A DNA stretch of 64,000 bases from NCBI GenBank assembly GCA_025823825.1, contig GCA_025823825.1_4720.1. One strand, written 5' to 3'. The translations under genes and the position numbers were made by a program. Source of the DNA: a phage. This document shows positions 9,553 through 18,088 of this stretch, piece by piece (position 1 is the first letter of the stretch; each line of letters opens with the position of its first letter). A model generated the notes under the pieces. The model made no database searches, was not told the DNA's origin, and was given only the letters and a program-made list of their open reading frames with translations.

Positions 9553-10194
9553 TTAGATGTACTGCTTACCGCCCACGAAGGAAGTTAACCAGTTCCCGCT
9601 GACGAGTTGTGATACCCAACCTGGAACGGCTCTACCATTCTGGCTCATGATGTTACCACACCAACCAGGGAATCCGGGACGGATGTAATAGAAAGTTAAA
9701 TTGTAGAGATGGCAATTCCATACCGCAACGTTATGTTTACCAGAAACCGCTTTAAAGATAAACGCGACAGGTAACGGAGACGATAACAATTCGGTCACAG
9801 GGACGGCTGACCAGTTCGCATTCGCGTTCCATGGTTGCCAGGTATGGCTACGCGAGTCACCGTTAACGTTACCGTTGCTACCGCGTCCGCCCGCGTTCCA
9901 CCAAAGCGATGGACTCATGTTCTTAAGTGAGGTAAATTGCTGTGGTGGAATATTCGGAATGATAACAGGGTTGGTACCTTGTCCGTGTTTCTTTTCTTTT
10001 GCGTTCACATAGCCGTTTATCGATTCCAGGTATTTGGTACCAGGATAATTGTTCTGGACTTGTGTCGCAATATCACGAACATCGAACGTCCAGCAGATCA
10101 TGGTGTTGTAGTAAGCATCGGTGTTGTCGTACCATGCGTTACCATCTTGTAAACGTGCGCCACTATTCGGTGTTTTATCTGTGTTTATAGCCAT
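9553..10194 (-). CDS. hypothetical protein, paralogue of 10306..10971 (possible fibre-associated adhesin)
   Basis: C-terminus RPGFPGWCGNIMSQNGRAVPGWVSQLVSGNWLTSFVGGKQYI nearly identical to that of 10306..10971. Confidence 0.55.
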   Translation of the reverse strand: MAINTDKTPNSGARLQDGNAWYDNTDAYYNTMICWTFDVRDIATQVQNNYPGTKYLESINGYVNAKEKKHGQGTNPVIIPNIPPQQFTSLKNMSPSLWWNAGGRGSNGNVNGDSRSHTWQPWNANANWSAVPVTELLSSPLPVAFIFKAVSGKHNVAVWNCHLYNLTFYYIRPGFPGWCGNIMSQNGRAVPGWVSQLVSGNWLTSFVGGKQYI

Positions 10195-10305
10195 AGTGTT
10201 GTCCTATACTGCGATGATTGAGATATCGGATGCCGGATGTGTGTTGCCATCAGGTGGTACGTACAGAAACACCCACAGATAAAACAGTAGCTTCTCTAAC
10301 TTCAA

Positions 10306-10971
10306 TTAAATTGAAGTTAGATATTGTTTACCTCCAACAAACGACGTTAACCAATTACCTGAAACAAGTTGCGATGCCCAGCCAGGCACTGCCCTACCGT
10401 TCTGGCTCATCACGTTACCTGCCCATCCCGGAAAACCCGGTCGGAAAATATATACTTGAATATGTGTTAAAGCGTTATCATTACCACTGCCAACAGCAAC
10501 GTTACGACTCCCAGATGACGGGAAATATTCTTTTAAGAACAGAGGATCGGTTGCTAATAAAGATGCGGGCCAAGGGTTCGCGGATGCATCAACATCGAAT
10601 TCGGTCCATCGCCATTTACGTCCCGTGTCGAACCATGTCGATGTACCACCACCCCTCACGGCAAGATTGCGCGCATCACGGACATTATAAATTGATTCGA
10701 TGTTACGCCATCCACCTTTTGCAGCGTTTGCTGCATAGCAAACCGCATTACCACCATTCTTCTTCTCGTAAACGGTTCGTTTGATATGAACACGGTCGAT
10801 GAACGCTTCACCGTATTTGTTGACGAGCGTTTGTGCGATATCACGAAGATCGTGCATGTGAAAAGCGATGTCTTCGTTATGGAACCATGTTGTCTGGTTC
10901 CAGACGGTACCGTTTGGTTCGGCACACATCGATCGGATATTGTTGCGTTGATTAATCGCGATAAAACCCAT
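10306..10971 (-). CDS. hypothetical protein, paralogue of 9553..10194
   Basis: Shared C-terminal block; start set at ATG 10971 (MGFIAINQ...) just after a terminator hairpin and T-rich tract. Confidence 0.55.
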   Translation of the reverse strand: MGFIAINQRNNIRSMCAEPNGTVWNQTTWFHNEDIAFHMHDLRDIAQTLVNKYGEAFIDRVHIKRTVYEKKNGGNAVCYAANAAKGGWRNIESIYNVRDARNLAVRGGGTSTWFDTGRKWRWTEFDVDASANPWPASLLATDPLFLKEYFPSSGSRNVAVGSGNDNALTHIQVYIFRPGFPGWAGNVMSQNGRAVPGWASQLVSGNWLTSFVGGKQYLTSI

Positions 10972-11026
10972 TGTATACCTCGTTCCTATTCTCAAAAAGG
11001 AAATTTCATACGATGACGCCATAGCA

Positions 11027-11056
11027 GCTCCTCCTTCCCTTACGGGTTGGAGGAGC
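11027..11056 (-). terminator. intrinsic terminator-like stem-loop (GCTCCTCC...GGAGGAGC)
   Basis: 8-bp GC-rich stem followed on the minus strand by a T-rich tract, downstream of 11065..11571. Confidence 0.5.
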
Positions 11057-11064
11057 ATACTTAA

Positions 11065-11571
11065 TTACTCGCTGATAACCTCAACGGAATTGGGATCAGC
11101 GATCATCGCACGGTCAGTAGAACAATTGAAGAAGACCATGCCGACACCATCGCCGTTCGAGTTCAGGGTTGAACTTACGTAAGACAGGGTTGGTTTATTC
11201 ATGCGGTAGAAGCGTTCGCTGGTAGCGGTATTGAACCCCAGATCAACGTAGTCTTTCACCGTGGTATACAACTGTGTGGATTCGAAAACGGTTACCGGAG
11301 AGTCGACGGTAAACTGACTACCTTCATCCACAACCAGAACTTTATCGTTCCAGATTTCAGTGGTTGAAAACTTCGGTTTCCAATGTTCGAATTCCTGGGT
11401 TGCTCCCCAGCAGGAATACACAGCGAGATTGCTGTTCTTCTCAACCGGTTTCAATCCCACCAGTTGTGTCAGGTCTTTATCCAGGTTCGGTAAGCCTTCC
11501 AGCGTAGCGCACCCACCCAGAGAAAGTACCATCAACATACCAAGAATAATCGCGCAGAGTTTCTTCATCAT
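11065..11571 (-). CDS. putative lipoprotein
   Basis: N-terminus MMKKLCAIILGMLMVLSLGGC has a signal peptide with lipobox-like LGGC. Confidence 0.6.
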   Translation of the reverse strand: MMKKLCAIILGMLMVLSLGGCATLEGLPNLDKDLTQLVGLKPVEKNSNLAVYSCWGATQEFEHWKPKFSTTEIWNDKVLVVDEGSQFTVDSPVTVFESTQLYTTVKDYVDLGFNTATSERFYRMNKPTLSYVSSTLNSNGDGVGMVFFNCSTDRAMIADPNSVEVISE

Positions 11572-11619
11572 TAGATTTCCTTATGTGTTAACGGAAGTGA
11601 CTTCCATAAGGATTGATGA

Positions 11620-12009
11620 TTACTTTTTGAGCGCTTTAAGTTCTTCTTCCAACGCTTCCACTTTTGCCGTAAGCTTCTGTACTTGTTTGATTAATGGAAC
11701 CACCAAACGTTCGTACATAACACCTTCAGCGACGAGTCCGTTAGAAGAAACGATAGCGGGGTCATCTTCTTCGGTTGCATCACGCCAGTGCACGTACTGC
11801 GGTGCGATCTCACCAACCTCTTCAGCAATCAACCCATACCAACCCCAATCCTTGTTGTCTGCTTCACATGTGGAACGATACCAAACAGGACGCATCTCCA
11901 ATACTTTATCCGCTTGTTCATCCGTGATATTCTCGATATCTTTCTTATAGCGACGCGACGACGTTGAACGAAACACATTGTTGATCCCAGAAACAGGACT
12001 GATATACAT
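11620..12009 (-). CDS. S74-type intramolecular chaperone domain protein (free-standing)
   Basis: SRRYKKDIENI...WYGLIAEEVGEIAPQYV...VMYERLVVPLIKQVQKLTAKVEALEEELKALKK matches the layout of the C-terminal chaperone domain of endosialidase-type fibres. Confidence 0.6.
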   Translation of the reverse strand: MYISPVSGINNVFRSTSSRRYKKDIENITDEQADKVLEMRPVWYRSTCEADNKDWGWYGLIAEEVGEIAPQYVHWRDATEEDDPAIVSSNGLVAEGVMYERLVVPLIKQVQKLTAKVEALEEELKALKK

Positions 12010-12058
12010 GTTAGCCCCGCTGGTTGTAGTGCTAATGTCCCATACCGCAAATCCGCCG

Positions 12059-15000
12059 TTACTCCCATTTTTTTACGATCAATGTGTTGGCAATAATGTC
12101 CAGGTTATTGTCGTAACCGGTTAATTGTCTTTCCGTTACATAACTGGATAGATTGACCGAGTAGTTCTTACTGTTATAACAACGACGCCATCCTGGGCTG
12201 TTGGTACTGCCATTATAGTTGTCGTAGCTATAAATGAACTCGGAGTTGGTTTTCGCACCACTGACGGAAGACGTGGTTGCGGTCGTAACACGGATGGTAT
12301 AGTTTGTCATCCCGAAGCTAACGACCTCGATAACAGCACCAGCCAGAGGGATAATACCGCACTTGGTTTCACTGTCTGGGATGTATGCGCTGTCGGCAGC
12401 TGCGAAGGAGCAACGTGCGACCCAGGCGCGGGTATTGAATGCACCTTGGTTTTGCAACAACGTGATAAACGATGAGGTCGTAATCGAGCTGTTATTATCA
12501 CCGGTGATCAACCAGCCGGTCGGGCATGCGGTTGCGCCAACGTTTTTCGCTGTTAACGTGATGTTCTGCGATCCGTCGAAGGCTACGCCACTGATAGTGC
12601 GCGCAGTCTGCAGTTTCGTCGCCGTTGCTGCGTTCCCTGATGTGTTCTGGTTCCCTGCGGCGTTAACACCCGGCAGATTGATATTCGCACTACCGTCGAA
12701 AGACACCCCACCAATGGTGCGGGCGGTTTTCAGTTTTGTCGCCGTGGCGGCATTACCGGTCGTGTCTTGGTTACCGGTGGTGTTTACCCCAGGTAGGTTG
12801 ATATTGGCCGTTCCGTTAAATGAAACACCACCAATCGTCCGTGCCGTTTGCAACTTCGTTGCGGATGCCGCATTCCCCGTGGTGTTTTGGTTACCTGTTG
12901 TATTCACACCTGGGATACTATCCTTAGATGTGTAGATCTGTGCCCATTCCGACCAGTTCGCATCTGATGCATCACGACGCGAACGTAGGTAAGCTGGAGC
13001 GTGTGCGCCTGAAGTACCTGACCATCCAATAAGGATCTCACCTTCACCTACTGCGGTTGCTCCTTTAAGATGAACAACGTTACCGTAGGCTGTAGGGTAT
13101 CCGTTATTGTACGCTTCATACATCTGGATGCCCGTATTGCTGCCCTGGGTCGCATTAGCTAAAGCGGTGACTCGTCCCATGGAAGCGAGCACGTTAATGC
13201 TAAAGCTAATATCAGTTGTACCATCAAAGGCGACCCCATTAATCTTCCGTGCTGTTTGGAGTTTCGTGGCAGTAGCCGCATTACCAGAGGTACTCTGATT
13301 ACCTGCTTTGTTCACGCCTGGTAAATCAATGTTGGCGGTTCCATCAAAGGACACACCCCCTATGGTTCTCGCCGTCTGAAGTTTTGTTGCTGAACCGGCG
13401 TTTCCGGAAGTGCTTTGATTACCCGCCGCGTTAACACCCGGTAGGTTAATGCTAGCAGAACCATCAAAAGAAACACCACCGATTGTGACAGCCGTTTTCA
13501 ATTTCGTGGCTGTCGCAGCGTTACCCGTTGTATTCTGATTGCCAGCTGCATTGACGCCAGGTAATGCGATATCAGCTGTGCCATCGAACGCGACACCGCC
13601 TATTTTACGGGCGGTTTGTAGCTTGGTTGCTGTAGCGGCATTACCGCTGGTATTTTGCGTACCGGCTTTATTTACACCGGGAAGATCGATGTTAGCAGAA
13701 CCGTCGAAGCTGACGCCACCTATTGTTCTTGCGGTAGCGAGTTTAGTTGCTGTGGTTGCAGCATTACCAGCCTTTAACCATTCGCCCCATGGGCCATCCA
13801 CGCCGTTCCATGAAGCTGTTAAACTACGTACGTAAATATTTCCTGTACGTACGGTGTAACGCTGTGTTCCACCGAATTGCCCAGCTGGGAGCACTTCGAT
13901 GTAACCTACTGCGTTTGCTTCAGGGAAATTGTGGGCAGCATCAGCATTCGTTGACGTTTGTTTGGACCAAATACCCACAGACGCTTCAACCGGACCGTAG
14001 GTATTTAGATTCGCATCGGTGGGAAGCTGTCCTCGGAAACGTCGGAATAATGAAGCTGTTAACCCCAACGTTGTTTGCATCCCTTCAATGCTTGACTGCG
14101 ATAAAAGCGCCCGAGCTGTCGACGTGATAGCCGCTAAAGCAACCTTATCCGTACCGGTAAAATACGGGAATTTGTTTGCTGAAGTTGCTAAACCTGAAAG
14201 GGCGGTCAGTAATGCGTTAAGGGGTTGTTTCCCAGCCAGCGCGTTAGTTACTGTTGTTGCGAAATTAGGGTCGTTGCCTAAAGCTTGAGCCAGCTCATTA
14301 AGCGTATTTAGCGCTTCTGGCGACGAGTCGATCAGTGATGCGATAGCACGCATCACAAATTCCGTGTTGGCGATCTGTTGACTGCTATCGTTATCTGCAG
14401 CCGTAGGTGCTGCTGGGATACCGGTGAACACAGGGTTATTAAGATCTGCCTTGAGAGCGATGAGACGTCTAAGCGCTTCGACATCGACTTTCAGGTTTTC
14501 CCATCCGACGAGATAACCATCACCGGTTGTATGATAACGGTTGTACCAAAAATCACCATTGACACCGAAATAGAATATTCCTTTCTCTTCGTATTGTGGG
14601 CCGGAACTGTTCCGTGATGAGCTAATGTATTTTATTTCGATAAGGCCGTCGAATACCACTCCTGGGATGATTTTATTATTTCCAGCTGGCTGTGATACTT
14701 GGTACATCCCCGGGGTTGCGGCTTTAACCCACGTTAAGAATTCTGTTACTCCGGCGCTACCACTGAAATTCTTAACGTCGGTAAGTATCGCCCCATAACC
14801 GAACATACCGGGTAGAGCAACTCGTCCGCTGGTACGGTCACGAATATTTGATGCGACGACAGGCAGCTGTTTACGAACATTGTTAACCGCCTTAGGTGTG
14901 GCCGATTTTGTCTCGTCATCGCTATCGATGGCGTTGCTCAGGATGGTCAGTCCTCGAGTATTTGTGGTCGCATCAGGAAGAAACGCGTTATCCAACACCT

Positions 15001-15418
15001 TAAGTTGTACAGCGCTCGTGTTACTAACAACGAGATACATCTGACAGTTAAGAACGCTGGATGCACCTTCAGTAGGCACCGGCTTATATCTTTCCGGTGC
15101 GCTGCAAACAGCGATCAGAACACCCTGATCGTCATACAGACCGATTTCACGTACCCAGAATCCACCTTGGTTTACAGGAATAATACCCTCAACAATAATC
15201 CTGGTTGTGTCATCCGTATCGACACGGATATTAGCAACTTCCCCACGATAAACTTCGTGTACGAGCGCTGTTTGACCAACAGCCGGTGTCGGTATCGACC
15301 CGTTACCATCGCCAACAGCAAAATGTGTGATTTTTAGTTTCTCGCCACCAGGAAGTAGTGCGGCGGCGATACGTTCAGCGCCTTTATCGGTAATGACCGT
15401 TTTATATGTTGTACTCAT
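12059..15418 (-). CDS. long tail fibre protein, P2 gpH-like N-terminus with tandem fibre repeats
   Basis: N-terminus TVITDKGAERIAAALLPGGEKLKITHFAVGDGNGSIPTPAVGQTALVHEVYRGEV and block IANTEFVMRAIASLIDSSPEALNTLNELAQALGNDPNFATT resemble P2 gpH; about ten repeats of ...GNAATATKLQTARTIGGVSFDGSANIDLPGVN... Confidence 0.85.
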   Translation of the reverse strand: MSTTYKTVITDKGAERIAAALLPGGEKLKITHFAVGDGNGSIPTPAVGQTALVHEVYRGEVANIRVDTDDTTRIIVEGIIPVNQGGFWVREIGLYDDQGVLIAVCSAPERYKPVPTEGASSVLNCQMYLVVSNTSAVQLKVLDNAFLPDATTNTRGLTILSNAIDSDDETKSATPKAVNNVRKQLPVVASNIRDRTSGRVALPGMFGYGAILTDVKNFSGSAGVTEFLTWVKAATPGMYQVSQPAGNNKIIPGVVFDGLIEIKYISSSRNSSGPQYEEKGIFYFGVNGDFWYNRYHTTGDGYLVGWENLKVDVEALRRLIALKADLNNPVFTGIPAAPTAADNDSSQQIANTEFVMRAIASLIDSSPEALNTLNELAQALGNDPNFATTVTNALAGKQPLNALLTALSGLATSANKFPYFTGTDKVALAAITSTARALLSQSSIEGMQTTLGLTASLFRRFRGQLPTDANLNTYGPVEASVGIWSKQTSTNADAAHNFPEANAVGYIEVLPAGQFGGTQRYTVRTGNIYVRSLTASWNGVDGPWGEWLKAGNAATTATKLATARTIGGVSFDGSANIDLPGVNKAGTQNTSGNAATATKLQTARKIGGVAFDGTADIALPGVNAAGNQNTTGNAATATKLKTAVTIGGVSFDGSASINLPGVNAAGNQSTSGNAGSATKLQTARTIGGVSFDGTANIDLPGVNKAGNQSTSGNAATATKLQTARKINGVAFDGTTDISFSINVLASMGRVTALANATQGSNTGIQMYEAYNNGYPTAYGNVVHLKGATAVGEGEILIGWSGTSGAHAPAYLRSRRDASDANWSEWAQIYTSKDSIPGVNTTGNQNTTGNAASATKLQTARTIGGVSFNGTANINLPGVNTTGNQDTTGNAATATKLKTARTIGGVSFDGSANINLPGVNAAGNQNTSGNAATATKLQTARTISGVAFDGSQNITLTAKNVGATACPTGWLITGDNNSSITTSSFITLLQNQGAFNTRAWVARCSFAAADSAYIPDSETKCGIIPLAGAVIEVVSFGMTNYTIRVTTATTSSVSGAKTNSEFIYSYDNYNGSTNSPGWRRCYNSKNYSVNLSSYVTERQLTGYDNNLDIIANTLIVKKWE
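12580..13790 (-). repeat. in-frame tandem repeats (~28-40 aa units) within the tail fibre gene, two blocks
   Basis: Repeated ATKLQTAR(T/K)IGGVxFDG motif in the translation; antisense shadow ORFs also repetitive; coordinates approximate. Confidence 0.6.
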
Positions 15419-15424
15419 GGCGTT

Positions 15425-15952
15425 TTATCCCGGGTAAATAGTGATGGTGTCACCAACGATAGTTGTAGCACCGGCGTAAAGATACGCTGGTGATGCCTCA
15501 CGTTGGTTTGTCACGATAAGATCCAGTCTCCCACGCCAAACCACGGAGGTATTCGCGATGGGAATCGAGATCTTCTTGGAAGTATCGTCACGAAAATTAA
15601 TGGCGGTAGCAAGGGTAACTGAATCAAAATCAACGTCGGGTTCAAAGTTGAATCCGTATTGATCTGAAATAGCTTGAATAACCGCTCTTATGGTTGTTGT
15701 TTCAACCGACTCCAAAACGATTTTTATCGGTATTCCTAGAAATGCTTTCGCGATATCACGTCGTGTGTAAGTGATAAAACTTTCACCACACCACCTTGTT
15801 CCTTCATTTGCTGTGACGATCACTTTTGCCCTGTTAGCACCAGAACTCCCATCCAGGGTTAAAGTGAGATCGGAGTTGCTGAATACACTACCGTTACGTT
15901 GGTTTATCAACGTAATAAGTTCGTCTTTCCATGGTGGGTAAAGTGAACGCAT
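15425..15952 (-). CDS. fibre adaptor module protein (shared N-terminal module only, ~175 aa)
   Basis: Start ATG 15952 (MRSLYPPWKDELITLINQRN) with GGAGGAGG 8 nt upstream; TAA is in frame with and 6 nt upstream of the fibre ATG. Confidence 0.55.
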   Translation of the reverse strand: MRSLYPPWKDELITLINQRNGSVFSNSDLTLTLDGSSGANRAKVIVTANEGTRWCGESFITYTRRDIAKAFLGIPIKIVLESVETTTIRAVIQAISDQYGFNFEPDVDFDSVTLATAINFRDDTSKKISIPIANTSVVWRGRLDLIVTNQREASPAYLYAGATTIVGDTITIYPG

Positions 15953-15992
15953 ATGCGCACCCTCCTCCAATAATCAAATTAAAATGCAAAAC

Positions 15993-16020
15993 GCCTCGAA
16001 ACCAGGGTGCGATTCGAGGC
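15993..16020 (-). terminator. intrinsic terminator (GCCTCGAA...TTCGAGGC plus T-rich tail)
   Basis: 8-bp stem, 12-nt loop, followed on the minus strand by GTTTTGCATTTTAATTT. Confidence 0.55.
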
Positions 16021-16063
16021 AAACGTAAACAGTCTTAACGACCGCATAAAATTCCGCGCATAT

Positions 16064-16084
16064 TACCCCCCCCCCTCGACGAAG
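16064..16084 (-). repeat. C10 homopolymer with flank TA-C10-TCGACGAAG (copy 1)
   Basis: Ten C at 16066-16075; same flanks as the C11 tract at 34212-34222. Confidence 0.7.
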
Positions 16085-16107
16085 CGAGGTAGAGGAGGAT
16101 AACACGA

Positions 16108-17862
16108 TTATGCTGCTACATACCCAGGCCAACGTTCTCTTGGCCAGTTTGTTGCGCCCTGTCCAACGTTGTCCTTACCAGAAGTTACATTACTTACATC
16201 CCAACCACTAAGATCCTGGTTAAATGCGGTGTTGTTACGCATCATGAGGTCGATATTACGTAATGATTGGGTATTCCAGCCGGAAATGTCTTGGTTGAAT
16301 GCCGTGTTGTAAGCAAACATGTTAACAACGTTTTGTAATTTTGAAGTGTTCCAGCCGCTAATATCGCCATTGAACTGCATGTTCGAGAACATACTGCTAG
16401 CATCGATAAGACTATCTGTTTTCCAGTTAACCAGCTTGTTCTCATCAAGTGCGTTGCAACTACTGAACATGTAACTCATGTTGTTAACTTTGGATACATC
16501 CCATTTATCTAACCCGTTACCAACGAACTCGTAACAAGCTTGGAACATCCAGCTCATGTCGGTAACCTGGCACACATTCCATTTGCTAAAGTCGAGGTTG
16601 AGTTTTGCGCATCCGGAGAAAGTTTTATACATACTGGTGATACGACTAACATCCCATTCTTGAATGTTAGGATCATTAAGTATAGATAAGAATTGGAACA
16701 ATCCGTCTAACGACGTCCATTTCTCTGGAATACGGTTTGGTACTGTACGGAGCGATGAAAGGTTATTGGTTGACGGAGAGCGGAACATACCGTTATCCCA
16801 ATTTACGATTTCCGTAATGTTGTACCCACGGATCGTTTGGCGTCCATTACCATTATACACAGACCCTGTTGCAGTTATTGTATATTCGTTTGTATCAGCA
16901 TACGTATATTCAGCCTGTGTAGGCCACTCACCTATTACATCCCTATTCCCATCACCCCAGTCAATGGAAATATCTATCCAACCATCAAGATCTAGGGTAA
17001 CGGTCCCGCCATTGGTCTTCAGGATGTATTTACCTGCATTGTCGGTATAATAACAAACAATCATCGCACCGTACAGGTTACCAATTTGCCAATCATCCTT
17101 TTGAGTTACCGCGATTTGTGCTGTACCACGCTGTAAGAAAAGTACCGTACGGTTCTCGTCAGTCTGTAGTGCGGTTAGTGCTTGAGTCTTATCATCGTCG
17201 GTAATTTCACCGGCTTCCATTAAAGCACTTAACATTCTTTCGAAGTACTCGATAGGCAACTGAGGTCCTACCGACATATCAACTGATGGAACAGTGAGAT
17301 CATCCAATGCTGCTGCCGTTGCGAGGACTAATGATCCCTTGGCGGTGTCTGTTTCTTGGAGGTAACGCAGTCCCGTAATCTGGTACGCTTGAATGATTGT
17401 AATCAGATCCAGTGTATCGTTAATGACCTGTACTTGTAAATGTCCAGACCAAACATAGCTGCTTTCAGCAATCGGTAATTCGACCGACTGAATACCCGAC
17501 GTTTCAAAACTGATCTTCTTATTAAGATCGGCTTCCAGGAAATCAACAGCTAGGTCGAAATTTATACCGTACTTCTCAGCGATGGAATCTACAATGTTCC
17601 TGAAAGCAACATCGGTACTTACGATGAAACGTAACGGGATCCCGGTGAACGCGTTGGCAATATCTCGACGAACATACGTGAGCGACTGCTCGAAGAAATA
17701 AGGACTGTTATCTCCAGGTTTGATGGTTACCTGGCATACTTCAGGATGTTCAGCTGGAATGAAAGATTCGAATTTAACGTCGGTTTCCTTCAACGATAGC
17801 ATGTTCTTCCGGTTTACCAACGCCAGAAGATCAGCTTTCCACCCAGGATAAACTGTAGACAT
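16108..17862 (-). CDS. tail fibre-like protein with shared N-terminal module and C-terminal BspA-like (DUF285-type) repeats
   Basis: Start ATG 17862 (MSTVYPGWKADLLALVNRKN) with GGAG upstream; C-terminal repeats WDVSxVxxMxxMFxxxxxFNQDISGWN. Confidence 0.65.
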   Translation of the reverse strand: MSTVYPGWKADLLALVNRKNMLSLKETDVKFESFIPAEHPEVCQVTIKPGDNSPYFFEQSLTYVRRDIANAFTGIPLRFIVSTDVAFRNIVDSIAEKYGINFDLAVDFLEADLNKKISFETSGIQSVELPIAESSYVWSGHLQVQVINDTLDLITIIQAYQITGLRYLQETDTAKGSLVLATAAALDDLTVPSVDMSVGPQLPIEYFERMLSALMEAGEITDDDKTQALTALQTDENRTVLFLQRGTAQIAVTQKDDWQIGNLYGAMIVCYYTDNAGKYILKTNGGTVTLDLDGWIDISIDWGDGNRDVIGEWPTQAEYTYADTNEYTITATGSVYNGNGRQTIRGYNITEIVNWDNGMFRSPSTNNLSSLRTVPNRIPEKWTSLDGLFQFLSILNDPNIQEWDVSRITSMYKTFSGCAKLNLDFSKWNVCQVTDMSWMFQACYEFVGNGLDKWDVSKVNNMSYMFSSCNALDENKLVNWKTDSLIDASSMFSNMQFNGDISGWNTSKLQNVVNMFAYNTAFNQDISGWNTQSLRNIDLMMRNNTAFNQDLSGWDVSNVTSGKDNVGQGATNWPRERWPGYVAA

Positions 17863-18088
17863 AAGCACTCCAATCATGGGGGCGAACGCCCCCCATCAGT
17901 TAAATGATCGTTTACGTCGCGTAAGGGTAATATAATTGCTGTGAGCCATATCAGAAGTTCACAACATTCTGAATCATAAGGTTACGTCGTTGGAAACAAA
18001 CCGATACAGATTCTTCATAGAACATTGAGATGATGGAAACCTAATTCGTACCATGAAAGCCGCAATAAAAAAAAGAAAAATAGGAAAA

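Noticed and set aside
11829-12068. Minus-strand ORF 11829..12068 overlapping the fibre-chaperone junction
   Set aside because: It is the -1 frame across the junction and overlaps the conserved S74 chaperone frame; unlikely to be a gene, though it is what an A8 variant would read into.
12363-13835. Plus-strand ORFs 12363..12935, 13107..13298 and 13539..13835 (repetitive AVAALPVV-type products)
   Set aside because: Antisense shadows of the repeat region of the tail fibre gene; the repetitiveness mirrors the coding-strand repeats.
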